From: Myxococcales bacterium
GTDB taxonomy: Bacteria > Myxococcota_A > Polyangia > Polyangiales > DASUME01
Direction of reading: 5' to 3'
NCBI GenBank assembly: GCA_047601445.1
Contig: JASGJH010000001.1
Location: 3,008,001 to 3,072,000, forward strand
Length of the DNA stretch: 64,000 nucleotides
The translations under genes were made by a program, and so were the position numbers. Shown in pieces: positions 28,282-38,672 of the stretch. The notes beneath the pieces are model-generated. The model was not told the DNA's origin. It saw nothing but the letters and a program-made list of their open reading frames with translations, and made no database searches. Position 1 is the first letter of the stretch; every line of letters starts with the position of its first letter.

Positions 28282-28521
28282 ATGGCAGAGACTGAGGAGC
28301 AGCGTAAGGCCCGTATCGCGCGTGAGGAAGCCACCTGGACCGGGCCCAAGTTCATCGGTCTCCTGGCAGCCACCCTCCTCGTCGCCCTGACCGTGATCTA
28401 CGGGATTGCGTCTTACCCCACCGAAAGCCGGCCTTACTGGGACCTCAGCTGGTACCCCTTCGGCACCACGCCCAAGGAAGCGGATCTGAAGCCCAGCTCG
28501 GTTTCCGGTCTCGTCCGCTAG
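28282..28521 (+). CDS. Small single-TM hypothetical protein (79 aa)
   Basis: SD GAGGGAG; one hydrophobic stretch; GC3-biased codons. Confidence 0.65.
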   Translation: MAETEEQRKARIAREEATWTGPKFIGLLAATLLVALTVIYGIASYPTESRPYWDLSWYPFGTTPKEADLKPSSVSGLVR

Positions 28522-28677
28522 TCGGATCGCGGGCGGTCGAGCCCGCCTCCGATGTCTGCGGTCCGGCGTCCAGGCCTCCCCCCGGAGGCCCTTTCAAATG
28601 ACAGCCGGAACACACATGTACGACATTGTCGGAGTATAGCTACCAGCCGGCAAGCGCGTCTGCTACCCTCGGCCCCC

Positions 28678-30705
28678 ATGGCGAATCGTGGAAATCCCAG
28701 GGAGGGCGTCGACCCGACGGCGGCGACCCTGTACGGGCCCGAGAAGCAGACGTTGGTCCACAACCAAGCTGCGCAAGCTGTCGAGGCGCGCGACATCTCC
28801 GATGCGAGCAAGCAGCTGACCCTCATCGACAAGAAAGCCAAGCTCTACAGCCGTGACCAAAAGCACCCCAAGCCGGTAGAGGTCGGTGAAGGGGGCGAGG
28901 TCAAGGGCCACGAGTTCGTGCAGCGCTACCAGGCTGGAAAGCGCCTGGGCGAAGGTTCGATGGGCGAGGTCATCGCGACCCGCGACACGCGCATCCTGCG
29001 CAACGTGGCGATGAAGCGCCTGCATCCGGAGCACCACAACGAGCGCCCGGACCTGCGCGATCGCTTCCTGCGCGAAGCCCGCGTGCAGGGCCAGTTGGAG
29101 CACCCGTCGGTGGTGCCGGTCTACGACCTCGGCGTCGACCACGAGGGTCGCGAGTACTTCACGATGAAGCGCGTTCGAGGCAACACCCTCGAGCAAATCA
29201 TCCGTGGGCTGCGCGACAAGGACCCTGAGTTCACCTCCAAGTACTCCCGTCGCAAGCTGCTGACGGCCATGAGCCGTATCTGCCTGGCCGTGGCCTTCGC
29301 CCACGAGCGTGGCGTGGTGCACCGCGATCTGAAGCCCTCCAACATCATGTTGGGCGACTACGGCGAGGTACACCTGCTCGATTGGGGTATCGCCAAGATC
29401 ATCGGCGTCGATGACCCGGGCATCGAGGACCGTGTCGACATTAGCCACGACCGCGTGCAGCGCACCGAGGTGGGCTTCGTGGTGGGAACGCCAGGCTACA
29501 TGGCGCCCGAGCAAGCGCGCGGCGAAACGCGGACCTATGGCGGCCGCTCGGACATCTACTCGCTCGGCGCGATCCTGTTCGAGGCCATGACGCTGGAGCG
29601 CCTGCACGAGCAGAAGGAGATCGAGCACATCCTCTTCTCCACCGTGAGCGGCACCGAGAGTCGCCCCAGCGTGCGCGCGCAGCACCTGGACCTCCCGCCC
29701 GAGCTCGATCGCATCATTCTCAAGGCCACCGCGCTCAACCCCGAAGGTCGCTACGTGACCGCGCGGGAGATGAACGACGACATCGAGAAGCTGCTCGACG
29801 GCGATCGCGATAGCACCCGCCGCGCCGAGATCGCGGCCGAGCACACCGCCAACGCCAAAGCCGCCCTGGCCCTGGCGCGCCGCGGTGGCATCGCCGCCGA
29901 AGGCCAGCACCGCAAGGCCGTGGGTGAGCTGCTGCAGGCCCTGGCGCTCGAGCCGAACCACCCCGAAGCCCGCGCCACCATGGTGCAACTCCTGCTCGAA
30001 CCCGTGGAGCGCCTGCCCGAAGGCGCCTTCGCGGAGCTGCAGCAGGTGAACCGCCTGGATCGCGCGCGCGCCAGCCGCGCCAATGGCTGGGCGTTTTTGG
30101 CCTACACCACGACCTTCCCGCTGATGCTCGCCATGGGTGTCATCGAGCCGAGCTGGCTCGTGGCGCTCGGGGCCGGGGTCATCGGTCTCATCGCCTACAC
30201 GTGGTGGATGGCGACCACGGGCCGCACGTCGCCGCGCTTCATGATGATGGCCCTGGTGGCGACCTTCGTGATCGTGGGCTCCATGAGCATGTTCTTCGGT
30301 CCGCTGTTCTTCGTGCCCGCACTGAGCGTCACAGCGGCCACCTCGTACCTGGTGTCCATCCGAGCCAACGCGCGAGCGCGGGCGCTGGTGCTGGCCGGGA
30401 GCCTGGCGTCGACGCTGATTCCCACCATCCTCACGCTCATCGGCTGGCTGCCAAACCCCTACACCTTCGACGGCGGGGGCATCACCATCATGCCCTCGCT
30501 GCTCAAGTTCCCCGAGCGCGCCACCTGGGCCTACATCCTGGTGGCCAACTGCCTCACCGTCGTCATCGCCAACCTGCTCGTGGGGCGCGCCGTGGCTGCG
30601 CTGATGCGCGCAGAGCGCCGTCTGTTCACCCAGGCCTGGCGGCTGCGACAGTTCTTGCCCGAGCTGGCTCAGGACCCCAACGAGCAGCGCAGCTCGCGCC
30701 CCTGA
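28678..30705 (+). CDS. Hanks-type Ser/Thr kinase with TPR-like linker and multi-TM C-terminus
   Basis: LGEGSMGEV, VAMK, HRDLKPSN, DWG, GTPGYMAPE; about 6 hydrophobic segments. Confidence 0.93.
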   Translation: MANRGNPREGVDPTAATLYGPEKQTLVHNQAAQAVEARDISDASKQLTLIDKKAKLYSRDQKHPKPVEVGEGGEVKGHEFVQRYQAGKRLGEGSMGEVIATRDTRILRNVAMKRLHPEHHNERPDLRDRFLREARVQGQLEHPSVVPVYDLGVDHEGREYFTMKRVRGNTLEQIIRGLRDKDPEFTSKYSRRKLLTAMSRICLAVAFAHERGVVHRDLKPSNIMLGDYGEVHLLDWGIAKIIGVDDPGIEDRVDISHDRVQRTEVGFVVGTPGYMAPEQARGETRTYGGRSDIYSLGAILFEAMTLERLHEQKEIEHILFSTVSGTESRPSVRAQHLDLPPELDRIILKATALNPEGRYVTAREMNDDIEKLLDGDRDSTRRAEIAAEHTANAKAALALARRGGIAAEGQHRKAVGELLQALALEPNHPEARATMVQLLLEPVERLPEGAFAELQQVNRLDRARASRANGWAFLAYTTTFPLMLAMGVIEPSWLVALGAGVIGLIAYTWWMATTGRTSPRFMMMALVATFVIVGSMSMFFGPLFFVPALSVTAATSYLVSIRANARARALVLAGSLASTLIPTILTLIGWLPNPYTFDGGGITIMPSLLKFPERATWAYILVANCLTVVIANLLVGRAVAALMRAERRLFTQAWRLRQFLPELAQDPNEQRSSRP

Positions 30706-30767
30706 GCGCGGTTACACTCCACAGCCAAGCCTGCTCGCGCACTCCACGGCCGCGCCTGCGTGCGAGC

Positions 30768-31388
30768 TCAGGAAACGCCGAGCATGCGCAGCACCAGACT
30801 CACGTAGTGCTCCGCCAGCTGACGCGACGAGAGCACGCCGTCCCGTCGGTACCAGGTATAGGTGAACGTGATGAGGTTGGTGATGGCCAGCGAGGTAAGC
30901 TGGAGATCATCCAACACGAAGGTTCCCGCGGTCTTCCCCTGCGCCAGCACGCCCGCGAGCGTCTCGTGGAAGCGCTGCTGTTCGCTCAGGATCTTGCGCC
31001 GGGTGTCCTCGTTGAAGTTGCTCTCCTCGCGCCAAAAGACCGCGATGATGCGCTGCTCCTCGATGACCAGGCCGGCGTAGTTCCGCACCATGTTGGACAC
31101 CACCTCGACGGGGCTACCGCCCTGGTTGGTGGCTCGCAGCAGCGACTCGGTGGCCATCCGGATCACGCGTAGCGCGATGGCCTCGAGGATGTCGTACTTG
31201 TTCTTGAAGTGATAGTAGATGAAGGGCTTCGTGGCGCTCAACTCGTCCGCGATGCTCTCCATACTGGTGGCCCGATAGCCATGCTCGTAGAAGAGCCTGG
31301 TGGCCGTCTCTAGAATGCGCTCACGCTTGTGGGCCCTGAGCTCGGCTCGCAGGTGGCCTTGCGCGTCGTCGGCTTCGATTTCGGCCAT
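30768..31388 (-). CDS. TetR/AcrR family regulator
   Basis: ILETATRLFYEHGYRATSMESIA...IYYHFKNK. Confidence 0.92.
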   Translation of the reverse strand: MAEIEADDAQGHLRAELRAHKRERILETATRLFYEHGYRATSMESIADELSATKPFIYYHFKNKYDILEAIALRVIRMATESLLRATNQGGSPVEVVSNMVRNYAGLVIEEQRIIAVFWREESNFNEDTRRKILSEQQRFHETLAGVLAQGKTAGTFVLDDLQLTSLAITNLITFTYTWYRRDGVLSSRQLAEHYVSLVLRMLGVS

Positions 31389-31494
31389 CTTCTGGGTCCT
31401 TCGGAGCCGAGCTCCACTTCGCGATCCATAGACTTCCGAGTCGCCGCTTTTGAGAAGAGGCCGAGCGCGCAGCACGCGCCCCCAACTTCGCCTG

Positions 31495-32493
31495 CTATTC
31501 GGCCGCAGGCTCGTGCGCGTGACGATGCTCGCAGGCCTCGGCGCGCGCTTCGATGGGCTTGAGCCCGGCGTCACGGAACATGGCCTGGTCCGCTTCGACG
31601 TCGGGGTTGCCCGTGGTCAACAGCTTGTCACCCGAGAAGATGGAGTTGGCGCCCGCCATGAAGCACAGGAGCTGAGCCTCGCGCGAGAGCCCCTCGCGGC
31701 CGGCGCTCAGGCGCACCATGGAGGTGGGCATCATGATGCGCGCGGTGGCGATCATGCGCACGAGCTCGAAGGGCTCCACTTGGGGACGCTCGGCCAAGGG
31801 CGTGCCGGCCACGGCCACCAGGGCATTGATCGGCACGCTGCCGGGGTGGGGACGCATGTGGGCGAGCTCCACCAGCATGCCGCAGCGATCGTCGATGGAC
31901 TCGCCCATGCCGATGATGCCACCACAGCACACGCTGATGCCCGCGTTGGAGACGCGGTCGAGCGTCTCGAGGCGGTCATCGTAGGTGCGCGTGGAGATGA
32001 TCTTCTTGTAGTGCTCGCGCGAGGTATCGAGGTTGTGGTTGTAGGCGGTGAGTCCGGCCTCCGCGAGTCGTGCGGCCTGGTCCTCGGTGAGCATGCCCAG
32101 TGTGGCGCAGGCTTCCATGCCCAGCTCGCGCACGCCGCGCACCATGGTGAGCACCTGCTCGAAGTCCTTGCCGCGCGGGTTGCGCCAGGCAGCGCCCATG
32201 CAGAAGCGGGTGGAACCGTTGTCCTTGGCGATGCGAGCCTTGGCCAGCACGTCGTCGACGCTCATCAGACGCTCGGAGGCCACACCGGTCTCGTGGTGAC
32301 CGCTCTGGGGGCAGTAGGCACAGTCCTCGGCGCAACCGCCGGTCTTGACCGAGAGCAGTGTGCACAGCTGGACGGCGCCGGCTTCGTGGTGCTGGCGGTG
32401 CACCTCCTGGGCCCGGAAAACGAGCTCAACCAGGGGTAGATCGTGCAGCTCCCGCACTTCTTTTCGGGTCCAGTCGTGACGTACTGAAGGCAT
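31495..32493 (-). CDS. bioB: Biotin synthase
   Basis: [45 protein letters not shown]. Confidence 0.97.
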   Translation of the reverse strand: MPSVRHDWTRKEVRELHDLPLVELVFRAQEVHRQHHEAGAVQLCTLLSVKTGGCAEDCAYCPQSGHHETGVASERLMSVDDVLAKARIAKDNGSTRFCMGAAWRNPRGKDFEQVLTMVRGVRELGMEACATLGMLTEDQAARLAEAGLTAYNHNLDTSREHYKKIISTRTYDDRLETLDRVSNAGISVCCGGIIGMGESIDDRCGMLVELAHMRPHPGSVPINALVAVAGTPLAERPQVEPFELVRMIATARIMMPTSMVRLSAGREGLSREAQLLCFMAGANSIFSGDKLLTTGNPDVEADQAMFRDAGLKPIEARAEACEHRHAHEPAAE

Positions 32494-32715
32494 CGCCGCT
32501 GATTAGCCAACTCCCCACTTCCGAGCAAGCCGGCAGGAGTACCCCCGAGGCCCGTCCACGTGCCTCGCTGCCGGCACGTTGGAGCCGCGCGCACACGCCG
32601 CCTCTGTGGCCTGCCGAGCGATCCGGTCACTTCGCGCTGGTTTCGTGAAACGCCGCACGGTACAACCGACCGACACGGGCTTTTTGCGAGACAAGAGCGG
32701 GCGCAGAGAAAAGAG

Positions 32716-33792
32716 ATGTCACGCGGCGACGCCGACCCATCCCCTCCTGACCCGCTTGCTCCTGGGCTCCCCGACGGCTCCGTCGGCGAGCGCAGTTCCC
32801 TCATGGGGTACGGCACGCTCGGGAATGTTCCGCCCTTGGCTTTGCTGGCCGCAGGCGCGGCGGTGGCCAACGCCCTGGTTTACCGGCTCATCCTGCCCCT
32901 GCTGGTGAGTCAGAAGCTGGTCTTGCCACCGCTCCTGCTCTGGCTCGCGCCCTTCTCTCTCAACCTCACGGCCGCGGCGGGCTTGGTTTCGCTGAGCGTG
33001 AGCGTCATCGACCTCACCCGAGCGCGCTCCCTGGCCGATACCAGCCGCCGGCTGCTGATCGCCTTCCTCGCCTGCATCGTGCTGTCGACCCTGGTGTTCG
33101 CGACCTTCCTGCCCGAGGGTCGGGTCAATCCCCAGCAGGTGCTGGTGGCGGCCGGCGCTTTACATACGCTCAACATCCAGCTCGCCATCACGGCGTTCCG
33201 TGCGGTGCCGTCCCTGGCCTGCCGCACCACGCTGGGGTTGATCGGGGCGAGCTCGGTGTTTCCGCTGGTGTCTTTGCTGCTGCGCAACCTGCCGAGTACC
33301 CAGGGCATGCCGCTCGATGGCTCGGCCAGCCTGCACGGCTTGGGTGAACTCGCCTACCTCCTGGTTCCCCTGGCGGCCGCCTTCGTCGTCGTTCCATGGG
33401 AAGACACCCAGGCCGAGCGCAGCGCCCGCCGCGCCGGCGCCGTGGCCGTGGCCGTCATGGCCCTCGCCTTCGCCGCCGCTGCCCGCCTCCCGGACGAGCT
33501 CTACGGGCACTTGCTCTACTCCACCCTGCGTCTCGAATGGGCCCTGGAGCGCGCCTCCATCGGCTACGTGGTGCCGGTCAGCCTCGCCGTGGGCGCCGCG
33601 ACCTCCGCCCTGGTGAGCCGCGATCAACGCCACCGCCAGGGCGGCGCCGGCCTTTGGTTGTGGCTCGCGGGAGGCTACAACCCGCTGACCCCCGCGCGCA
33701 TCCTGATGACCGCGCTGGCGGCGATGCTGCTGTGCCGTGCCGCGCTCACGCTCGGCCAGAACCGCAGCTCGAACCCACCGCCCGACCCCTGA
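32716..33792 (+). CDS. Hypothetical polytopic membrane protein
   Basis: About 9-10 hydrophobic segments; no recognised motif; start uncertain. Confidence 0.7.
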   Translation: MSRGDADPSPPDPLAPGLPDGSVGERSSLMGYGTLGNVPPLALLAAGAAVANALVYRLILPLLVSQKLVLPPLLLWLAPFSLNLTAAAGLVSLSVSVIDLTRARSLADTSRRLLIAFLACIVLSTLVFATFLPEGRVNPQQVLVAAGALHTLNIQLAITAFRAVPSLACRTTLGLIGASSVFPLVSLLLRNLPSTQGMPLDGSASLHGLGELAYLLVPLAAAFVVVPWEDTQAERSARRAGAVAVAVMALAFAAAARLPDELYGHLLYSTLRLEWALERASIGYVVPVSLAVGAATSALVSRDQRHRQGGAGLWLWLAGGYNPLTPARILMTALAAMLLCRAALTLGQNRSSNPPPDP

Positions 33793-33808
33793 GGCTCAGC
33801 GCGGGAGG

Positions 33809-33872
33809 CTCAGCTGCCCACGCTCAGCTCGCGACACTCAGCTGCCCACGCTCGGCTCGCGACACTCAGCTG
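33809..33872. repeat. 28-bp tandem duplication at alaS stop
   Basis: CTCAGCTGCCCACGCTC(A/G)GCTCGCGACA x2, then CTCAGCTG overlapping the alaS stop. Confidence 0.8.
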
Positions 33873-36529
33873 GCCACCAACGCGTACACGCGTGCCACCG
33901 CGTCCTCGAGCTTGTCCGCGTCGGTGCCACCGGCCTGCGCAAAGTCCGGTCGACCGCCGCCGCTGCCGCCCACCAGGGCCGCGCACTCCTTCACGATGGA
34001 GCCCGCCGGGAAACGCTTGGTGAGCTCCTTCGAGACCGCGCATACGATGCTGACCTTGCCCTTCTGGGCCTTACTGCCGAGCACGATCACAGCCGGCTGG
34101 AGCTTGTCCTTGAGCTGGTCCGCGTACTGACGGATGGCGTCCTGATCCGGCAGATCGACCACCGCCCCCAGCACACGGAACTCCCCCATGTCCTTGGCCT
34201 TGGCCGTGAGATCGCCGCTGCCTCCGGACATCAGCTGCTGCTTCAGCTGGTCGATCTCCCGCTTGAGCTGCTTCTGCTGACCGAGCGCACGGTCGACCGC
34301 TTCGCTCACCTGCAGGGGCGAGGTCCGCAACTTCTCGCCGGCGCTCGTGAGCTCCGCCTCCAGCTTGCGCACGTGGCCCAACGCGTTGAGCCCGGTGCTG
34401 GCTTCGATGCGGCGCACGCCGGCAGCCAGGCCGCCCTCGCTCAAGATCTTGAACAGCCCGATGTCCCCGGTGCGTGAGACGTGGGTGCCGCCGCACAGCT
34501 CGATGGAGTCGGGCGAGATCGTCAGCATGCGCACCTCGGCGCCGTACTTCTCCTCGAAGATACCGATGGCTCCGCGCGCCTTGGCCTCGGCCATCGGCAG
34601 CACGTGGGTGGTGACCGCATGGTTGGCGAGCACGCGCTCGTTCACCATGTCCTCGATGCGCGAGAGCTCCTCGGCGCTGAGCGCACGCGTGCCCGCGTAG
34701 TCGAAGCGCAGGCGATCGGGGCCCACCAGCGAGCCCTTCTGCATGGCCTGCTCCCCCACCACGCTGCGCAGCGCGTAGTGCAGCAAGTGCGTGGCGCTGT
34801 GGTTGCGCCGGGTGGCCGCGCGCAGCGAACCATCGACCTTGAGCTTGAGCTTGGCGTTGGTCTTGAACTGACCACTCTTGACGCGCCCCCGATGCACGAT
34901 GAACCCGTCCACCGGCTTCACGGTGTCGAGCACCTCGAACACGCCGCCGTCGGACTCGATGAGGCCCCGGTCGCCCACCTGTCCGCCCGACTCCCCGTAG
35001 AAAGGCGTGAGGTCGCTGATGAGCTCGCCCTCTTCGCCCGCGCCGAGCGCGTCCACGCGCTGGCCACCACGGAGCAGCACGCGCAGCGTGCCCTCGCCTT
35101 GCTCGACGTCGTAGCCCACGAAGTTCGGCTTCCCGAGCTCCGTCGCGAGCTGGTGGTAGACCTTGCCCACCTGAACCTCGTCGTTGAGCTTGCCGCCCTG
35201 ACTGCGCTCGCGGGCGCTCTCCATGGCGCGCTCGAAGCCCGCCTGGTCGATCACGAAGTCCTGCTCCTGACCGATGACTTCCTGCAGATCGAGCGGGAAC
35301 CCGTAGGTGTCGTAGAGCTTGAAGGCCACCGAGCCCGGCAGCACGCGCTTGCCGTCGGCCGCTTTACCCCACTCCTTGTTCTCCGCGATCAAGTCGAGCC
35401 CGCGATCCAGCGTCTTGCGGAAGCGCTCCTCTTCCTGCTTCGTGATGTCCTCGATCAAGGCGCGGCGTTCGACCAACTCGGGGTAGGCCTTGCCCATGAT
35501 CTCCACGACCTTGAGCGCAGCCTTATGCAAGAAAAGCTCGCGGATGCCCAGCCGGTGCCCATGGCGAATGGCGCGGCGCATCACGCGCCGCAGCACGTAG
35601 GGACGGCCGTCACGGTCGGGGAAGATGCCCTCGGCGATCAAGAACGCCGTGGTGCGCGCGTGGTCGGCGATCACACGCATGGAGACGTCATCGGGCGCGA
35701 GGCTCGCGGTGTACTTCTTGTTGGCCAGCTCGCTGGCGAGGTTCACGATGGGCCGCAGTAGATCGGTGTCGTAGTTCGAGCGCACGCCCTGAATGGCGCA
35801 GGCGAGGCGCTCGAGGCCGGCACCCGTGTCGATGGAAGGCGCGGGCAGCTTCTCGAGCTTGCCGTCGGAAGAGCGGTCGAACTGCATGAACACGTGGTTC
35901 CACAGCTCCACCCACCCCTGGCCGTTTTGATCGGGCTCTTCGCCCATCTTGCTGGGGTCGGGCTTGTCGTCGCCGAACCAGAAGAAGATCTCGCTGCACG
36001 GGCCGCAGGGACCGGTGTCTCCCATCGACCAGAAGTTGTCCTTGGCGCCGAAGGGTACTACGCGCTCGTCGGCGAAACCGGTGAGCTTCTTCCAGATGTC
36101 GCGCGCCTCTTCGTCGGCCGGCAACGCGCCCTCGCCACCGAAGTACGTGACCAGCAGACGCTCCTTCGGGATCTGCAGCACCTCGGTGATGAACTCCCAA
36201 CCGAAGCGAATGGACTCGGCCTTGAAGTAGTCGCCGAACGAGAAGTTACCGAGCATCTCGAAGAAGGTGTGGTGACGCGCCGTGACACCCACGTTCTCGA
36301 GGTCGTTGTGCTTGCCGCTGATGCGGATGCACTTCTGCGCGGTGGTAGCGCGCTTGTAGCCGCGCGCCTCGCGCCCCGTGAACACATCCTTGAACTGAAC
36401 CATGCCGGCGTTGGCGAACATCAGGGTCGGGTCGTTGGCCGGAACGAGCGGCCCGGAGGCGACGACTTCGTGTCCCTGTCGCTGGAAGTAATCGAGAAAC
36501 GCTTGCCGGATGTCCTGAGAACTCTTCAT
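33866..36529 (-). CDS. alaS: Alanyl-tRNA synthetase
   Basis: FANAGMVQFK, RHHTFFEMLGNFSFGDYFK, NHSATHLLH, ELCGGTH, GGGRPDFAQAG. Confidence 0.98.
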   Translation of the reverse strand: MKSSQDIRQAFLDYFQRQGHEVVASGPLVPANDPTLMFANAGMVQFKDVFTGREARGYKRATTAQKCIRISGKHNDLENVGVTARHHTFFEMLGNFSFGDYFKAESIRFGWEFITEVLQIPKERLLVTYFGGEGALPADEEARDIWKKLTGFADERVVPFGAKDNFWSMGDTGPCGPCSEIFFWFGDDKPDPSKMGEEPDQNGQGWVELWNHVFMQFDRSSDGKLEKLPAPSIDTGAGLERLACAIQGVRSNYDTDLLRPIVNLASELANKKYTASLAPDDVSMRVIADHARTTAFLIAEGIFPDRDGRPYVLRRVMRRAIRHGHRLGIRELFLHKAALKVVEIMGKAYPELVERRALIEDITKQEEERFRKTLDRGLDLIAENKEWGKAADGKRVLPGSVAFKLYDTYGFPLDLQEVIGQEQDFVIDQAGFERAMESARERSQGGKLNDEVQVGKVYHQLATELGKPNFVGYDVEQGEGTLRVLLRGGQRVDALGAGEEGELISDLTPFYGESGGQVGDRGLIESDGGVFEVLDTVKPVDGFIVHRGRVKSGQFKTNAKLKLKVDGSLRAATRRNHSATHLLHYALRSVVGEQAMQKGSLVGPDRLRFDYAGTRALSAEELSRIEDMVNERVLANHAVTTHVLPMAEAKARGAIGIFEEKYGAEVRMLTISPDSIELCGGTHVSRTGDIGLFKILSEGGLAAGVRRIEASTGLNALGHVRKLEAELTSAGEKLRTSPLQVSEAVDRALGQQKQLKREIDQLKQQLMSGGSGDLTAKAKDMGEFRVLGAVVDLPDQDAIRQYADQLKDKLQPAVIVLGSKAQKGKVSIVCAVSKELTKRFPAGSIVKECAALVGGSGGGRPDFAQAGGTDADKLEDAVARVYALVAS

Positions 36530-36696
36530 GGGTCCGGATTGAGTACCGCTCGAGACCCGGTTCGTCCACGCCGCTTCCACGCCCGGGCGCAGGTCCCGAA
36601 GCCGCACAATTTCCATCGCATAGCCCGCGGGAGCCGAGTGACGGCTGCACGCAACCAGTTGCCAAGCTCGGCCGATATACGCTACAAGAGGCGACA

Positions 36697-36712
36697 CTGA
36701 TCGCAATGACAG
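36697..36712. promoter_or_regulatory. Candidate LexA box upstream of recN
   Basis: CTG-N10-CAG (CTGATCGCAATGACAG). Revcomp matches 13/16 of the M. xanthus consensus CTRHAMRYBYGTTCAG as I recall it. A second GTTCAG half-site lies at 36721. Confidence 0.5.
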
Positions 36713-36786
36713 TGCTTAGTGTTCAGTGTCCCGCCTAGTCCCCGCAGACGTTCCAACCTAAGCATCCGAAATCACGGACAAACACC

Positions 36787-38490
36787 ATGCTCACCTGCCT
36801 GCGCATCCGAGACCTCGCCATCATCGAACAGCTGGAAATCGAACTCGGACCGGGCCTGAACGTGCTCACCGGCGAGACGGGGGCTGGCAAGTCCATTCTG
36901 GTCGACGCCCTGGAGCTGGTGCTCGGTGGCAAGGGCAAAGCAGAGCTCGTGCGATCCGGTGCCGCCCAGGCCGAGGTCGAGGCCCTGTTCGATCTGGGCG
37001 ACGATCCCGAACTGCGAGAGAAGCTGCGGGCCCTCGAGGTCGAGTGTGAGGGGGAGCTCTTGATTCGGCGCGTGCTCCTGCCCAATGGTCGCACCCGGGC
37101 CTTCGTCAACGGTCGCATGGCCACGGCGCAGCAGCTGAGTGAGCTCTCACGGGGGTTGGCGGACATCTCGTCTCAGCACGAGCATCACACCCTCACCAAC
37201 GCGGCCACCCACCTGGGATATCTCGATGCGTTCGCCAGCCTTGCCTCCCGGCGCGAGCAGGTGGCGAGCGCTTACAGCGCACTGCGCGAGGCCCACGTGG
37301 CGCTCCAGGCCTTCGATCAGCGCGTGCAGGACCGCGCGCAGCGTGAGGACCTTCTGCGCTATCAGGTGCGTGAAATCGAGGAGGTCTCTCCCCGCGTCGG
37401 CGAAGAGGGCGAGCTGTCCGAACAGCGCGATCGCTTGAAGCACGCCGGCACGTTGATGCGCCTCTCCGCGGACGCAGCGGAGGCGCTCTACGAACGCGAT
37501 GGCTCGGTCAGCGAGGTGCTGGCCCAGGCGAGCTCGCACGTGTTGGAAGCGGCCACGCTCGACGCGTCGCTGCGAGAGCTGGCCCAGCAGCTGGAAAGCG
37601 TGCGTGCGCAGCTCGAAGACGCCGCGCGGGAACTGAGCCGCTACACGCGCAGCGTGCAGGCCGACCCGGACGCGCTGACGGATCTCGAAGAGCGTCTGCA
37701 CGCGCTGCAGAAGCTCAAGCGGAAATACGGCGGCACCCTGGAGAACGTGCTCGCGCACCTGGCCCAGAGTCAGGCGGAGCTCGCAGCCCTCGAAGATCAC
37801 GAAGGCACCAGCGAACGCTTGCGCAGCGAGTACCAGACCAAGCTCGGCGAAGCCCGCGGCGTGGCGCGCGAGCTCAGCAAGCAGCGCAGGCTGGCCGCCG
37901 GCAAGCTGGCCAGCGCCATCAGTGAAGAGCTGACCTCCCTCGGCATGGGGGGAGCGCGCATTCTCGTCGACGTCTCTCCGCTCGAAGGCAAGCTCGGTGA
38001 ACTCGAGGTCGATGGTGCACGGCTCTCGGCCCACGGCATCGATCGCGCCGAATTCCTCATCGCCCCCAATCGCGGCGAGCAGGCGCGGCCGCTCAGCAAA
38101 GTGGCGAGCGGCGGCGAGCTGAGTCGCGCCATGCTGGCGATCAAGCGCGTGCTGGCGGGCCTCGGCCCAGCGGGGATGTACGTATTCGACGAAGTCGACA
38201 GCGGCGTCGGCGGTGCGGTGGCCGAGGTTATCGGGCGGAAAATCGAAGAGGTCTCGGAGCACCGCCAGGTGCTCTGCATCACCCACCTGCCGCAGATCGC
38301 CGTGTTCGCCAAGAGTCACTTCAAGGTCGAGAAAGCCAGTCAGGGAGAGCGCACGGTCAGCACCGTGAAGAAGCTCAGCAAGCGCGAGCAAGAAGAGGAA
38401 ATCGCGCGCATGCTGGGCGGCCTGAAAATCACCGCAAAAACCAGGGCCGCCGCGGCGGAGATGCTGCGCGAGGCACGTGCTGTGGCCTAG
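36787..38490 (+). CDS. recN: DNA repair protein RecN
   Basis: LTGETGAGKS, ASGGELSR, FDEVDSGVGG, CITHLPQIA. Confidence 0.97.
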   Translation: MLTCLRIRDLAIIEQLEIELGPGLNVLTGETGAGKSILVDALELVLGGKGKAELVRSGAAQAEVEALFDLGDDPELREKLRALEVECEGELLIRRVLLPNGRTRAFVNGRMATAQQLSELSRGLADISSQHEHHTLTNAATHLGYLDAFASLASRREQVASAYSALREAHVALQAFDQRVQDRAQREDLLRYQVREIEEVSPRVGEEGELSEQRDRLKHAGTLMRLSADAAEALYERDGSVSEVLAQASSHVLEAATLDASLRELAQQLESVRAQLEDAARELSRYTRSVQADPDALTDLEERLHALQKLKRKYGGTLENVLAHLAQSQAELAALEDHEGTSERLRSEYQTKLGEARGVARELSKQRRLAAGKLASAISEELTSLGMGGARILVDVSPLEGKLGELEVDGARLSAHGIDRAEFLIAPNRGEQARPLSKVASGGELSRAMLAIKRVLAGLGPAGMYVFDEVDSGVGGAVAEVIGRKIEEVSEHRQVLCITHLPQIAVFAKSHFKVEKASQGERTVSTVKKLSKREQEEEIARMLGGLKITAKTRAAAAEMLREARAVA

Positions 38491-38672
38491 CGAGACCGCG
38501 GTAGACAGGGCGTGCGGAGCGTCACAACAGGTTTCGAATATACGTCTGCAAATCCACGACAAATCGCTCAAGTCGCCTGCCGGCTACATTCTTTTCAAAC
38601 CGGCCCGCAGCAGGAAACTGCGAAGAAACAAGCAGCGGATATGCACTGGTTGCAACTAACCAAGGAGCAACC

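Noticed and set aside
38600..38660. Sigma54 promoter or NtrC site before amtB
   Set aside because: No TGGC-type GG-N10-GC match found; TGCACTGGTTGCA has the wrong spacing for NtrC.
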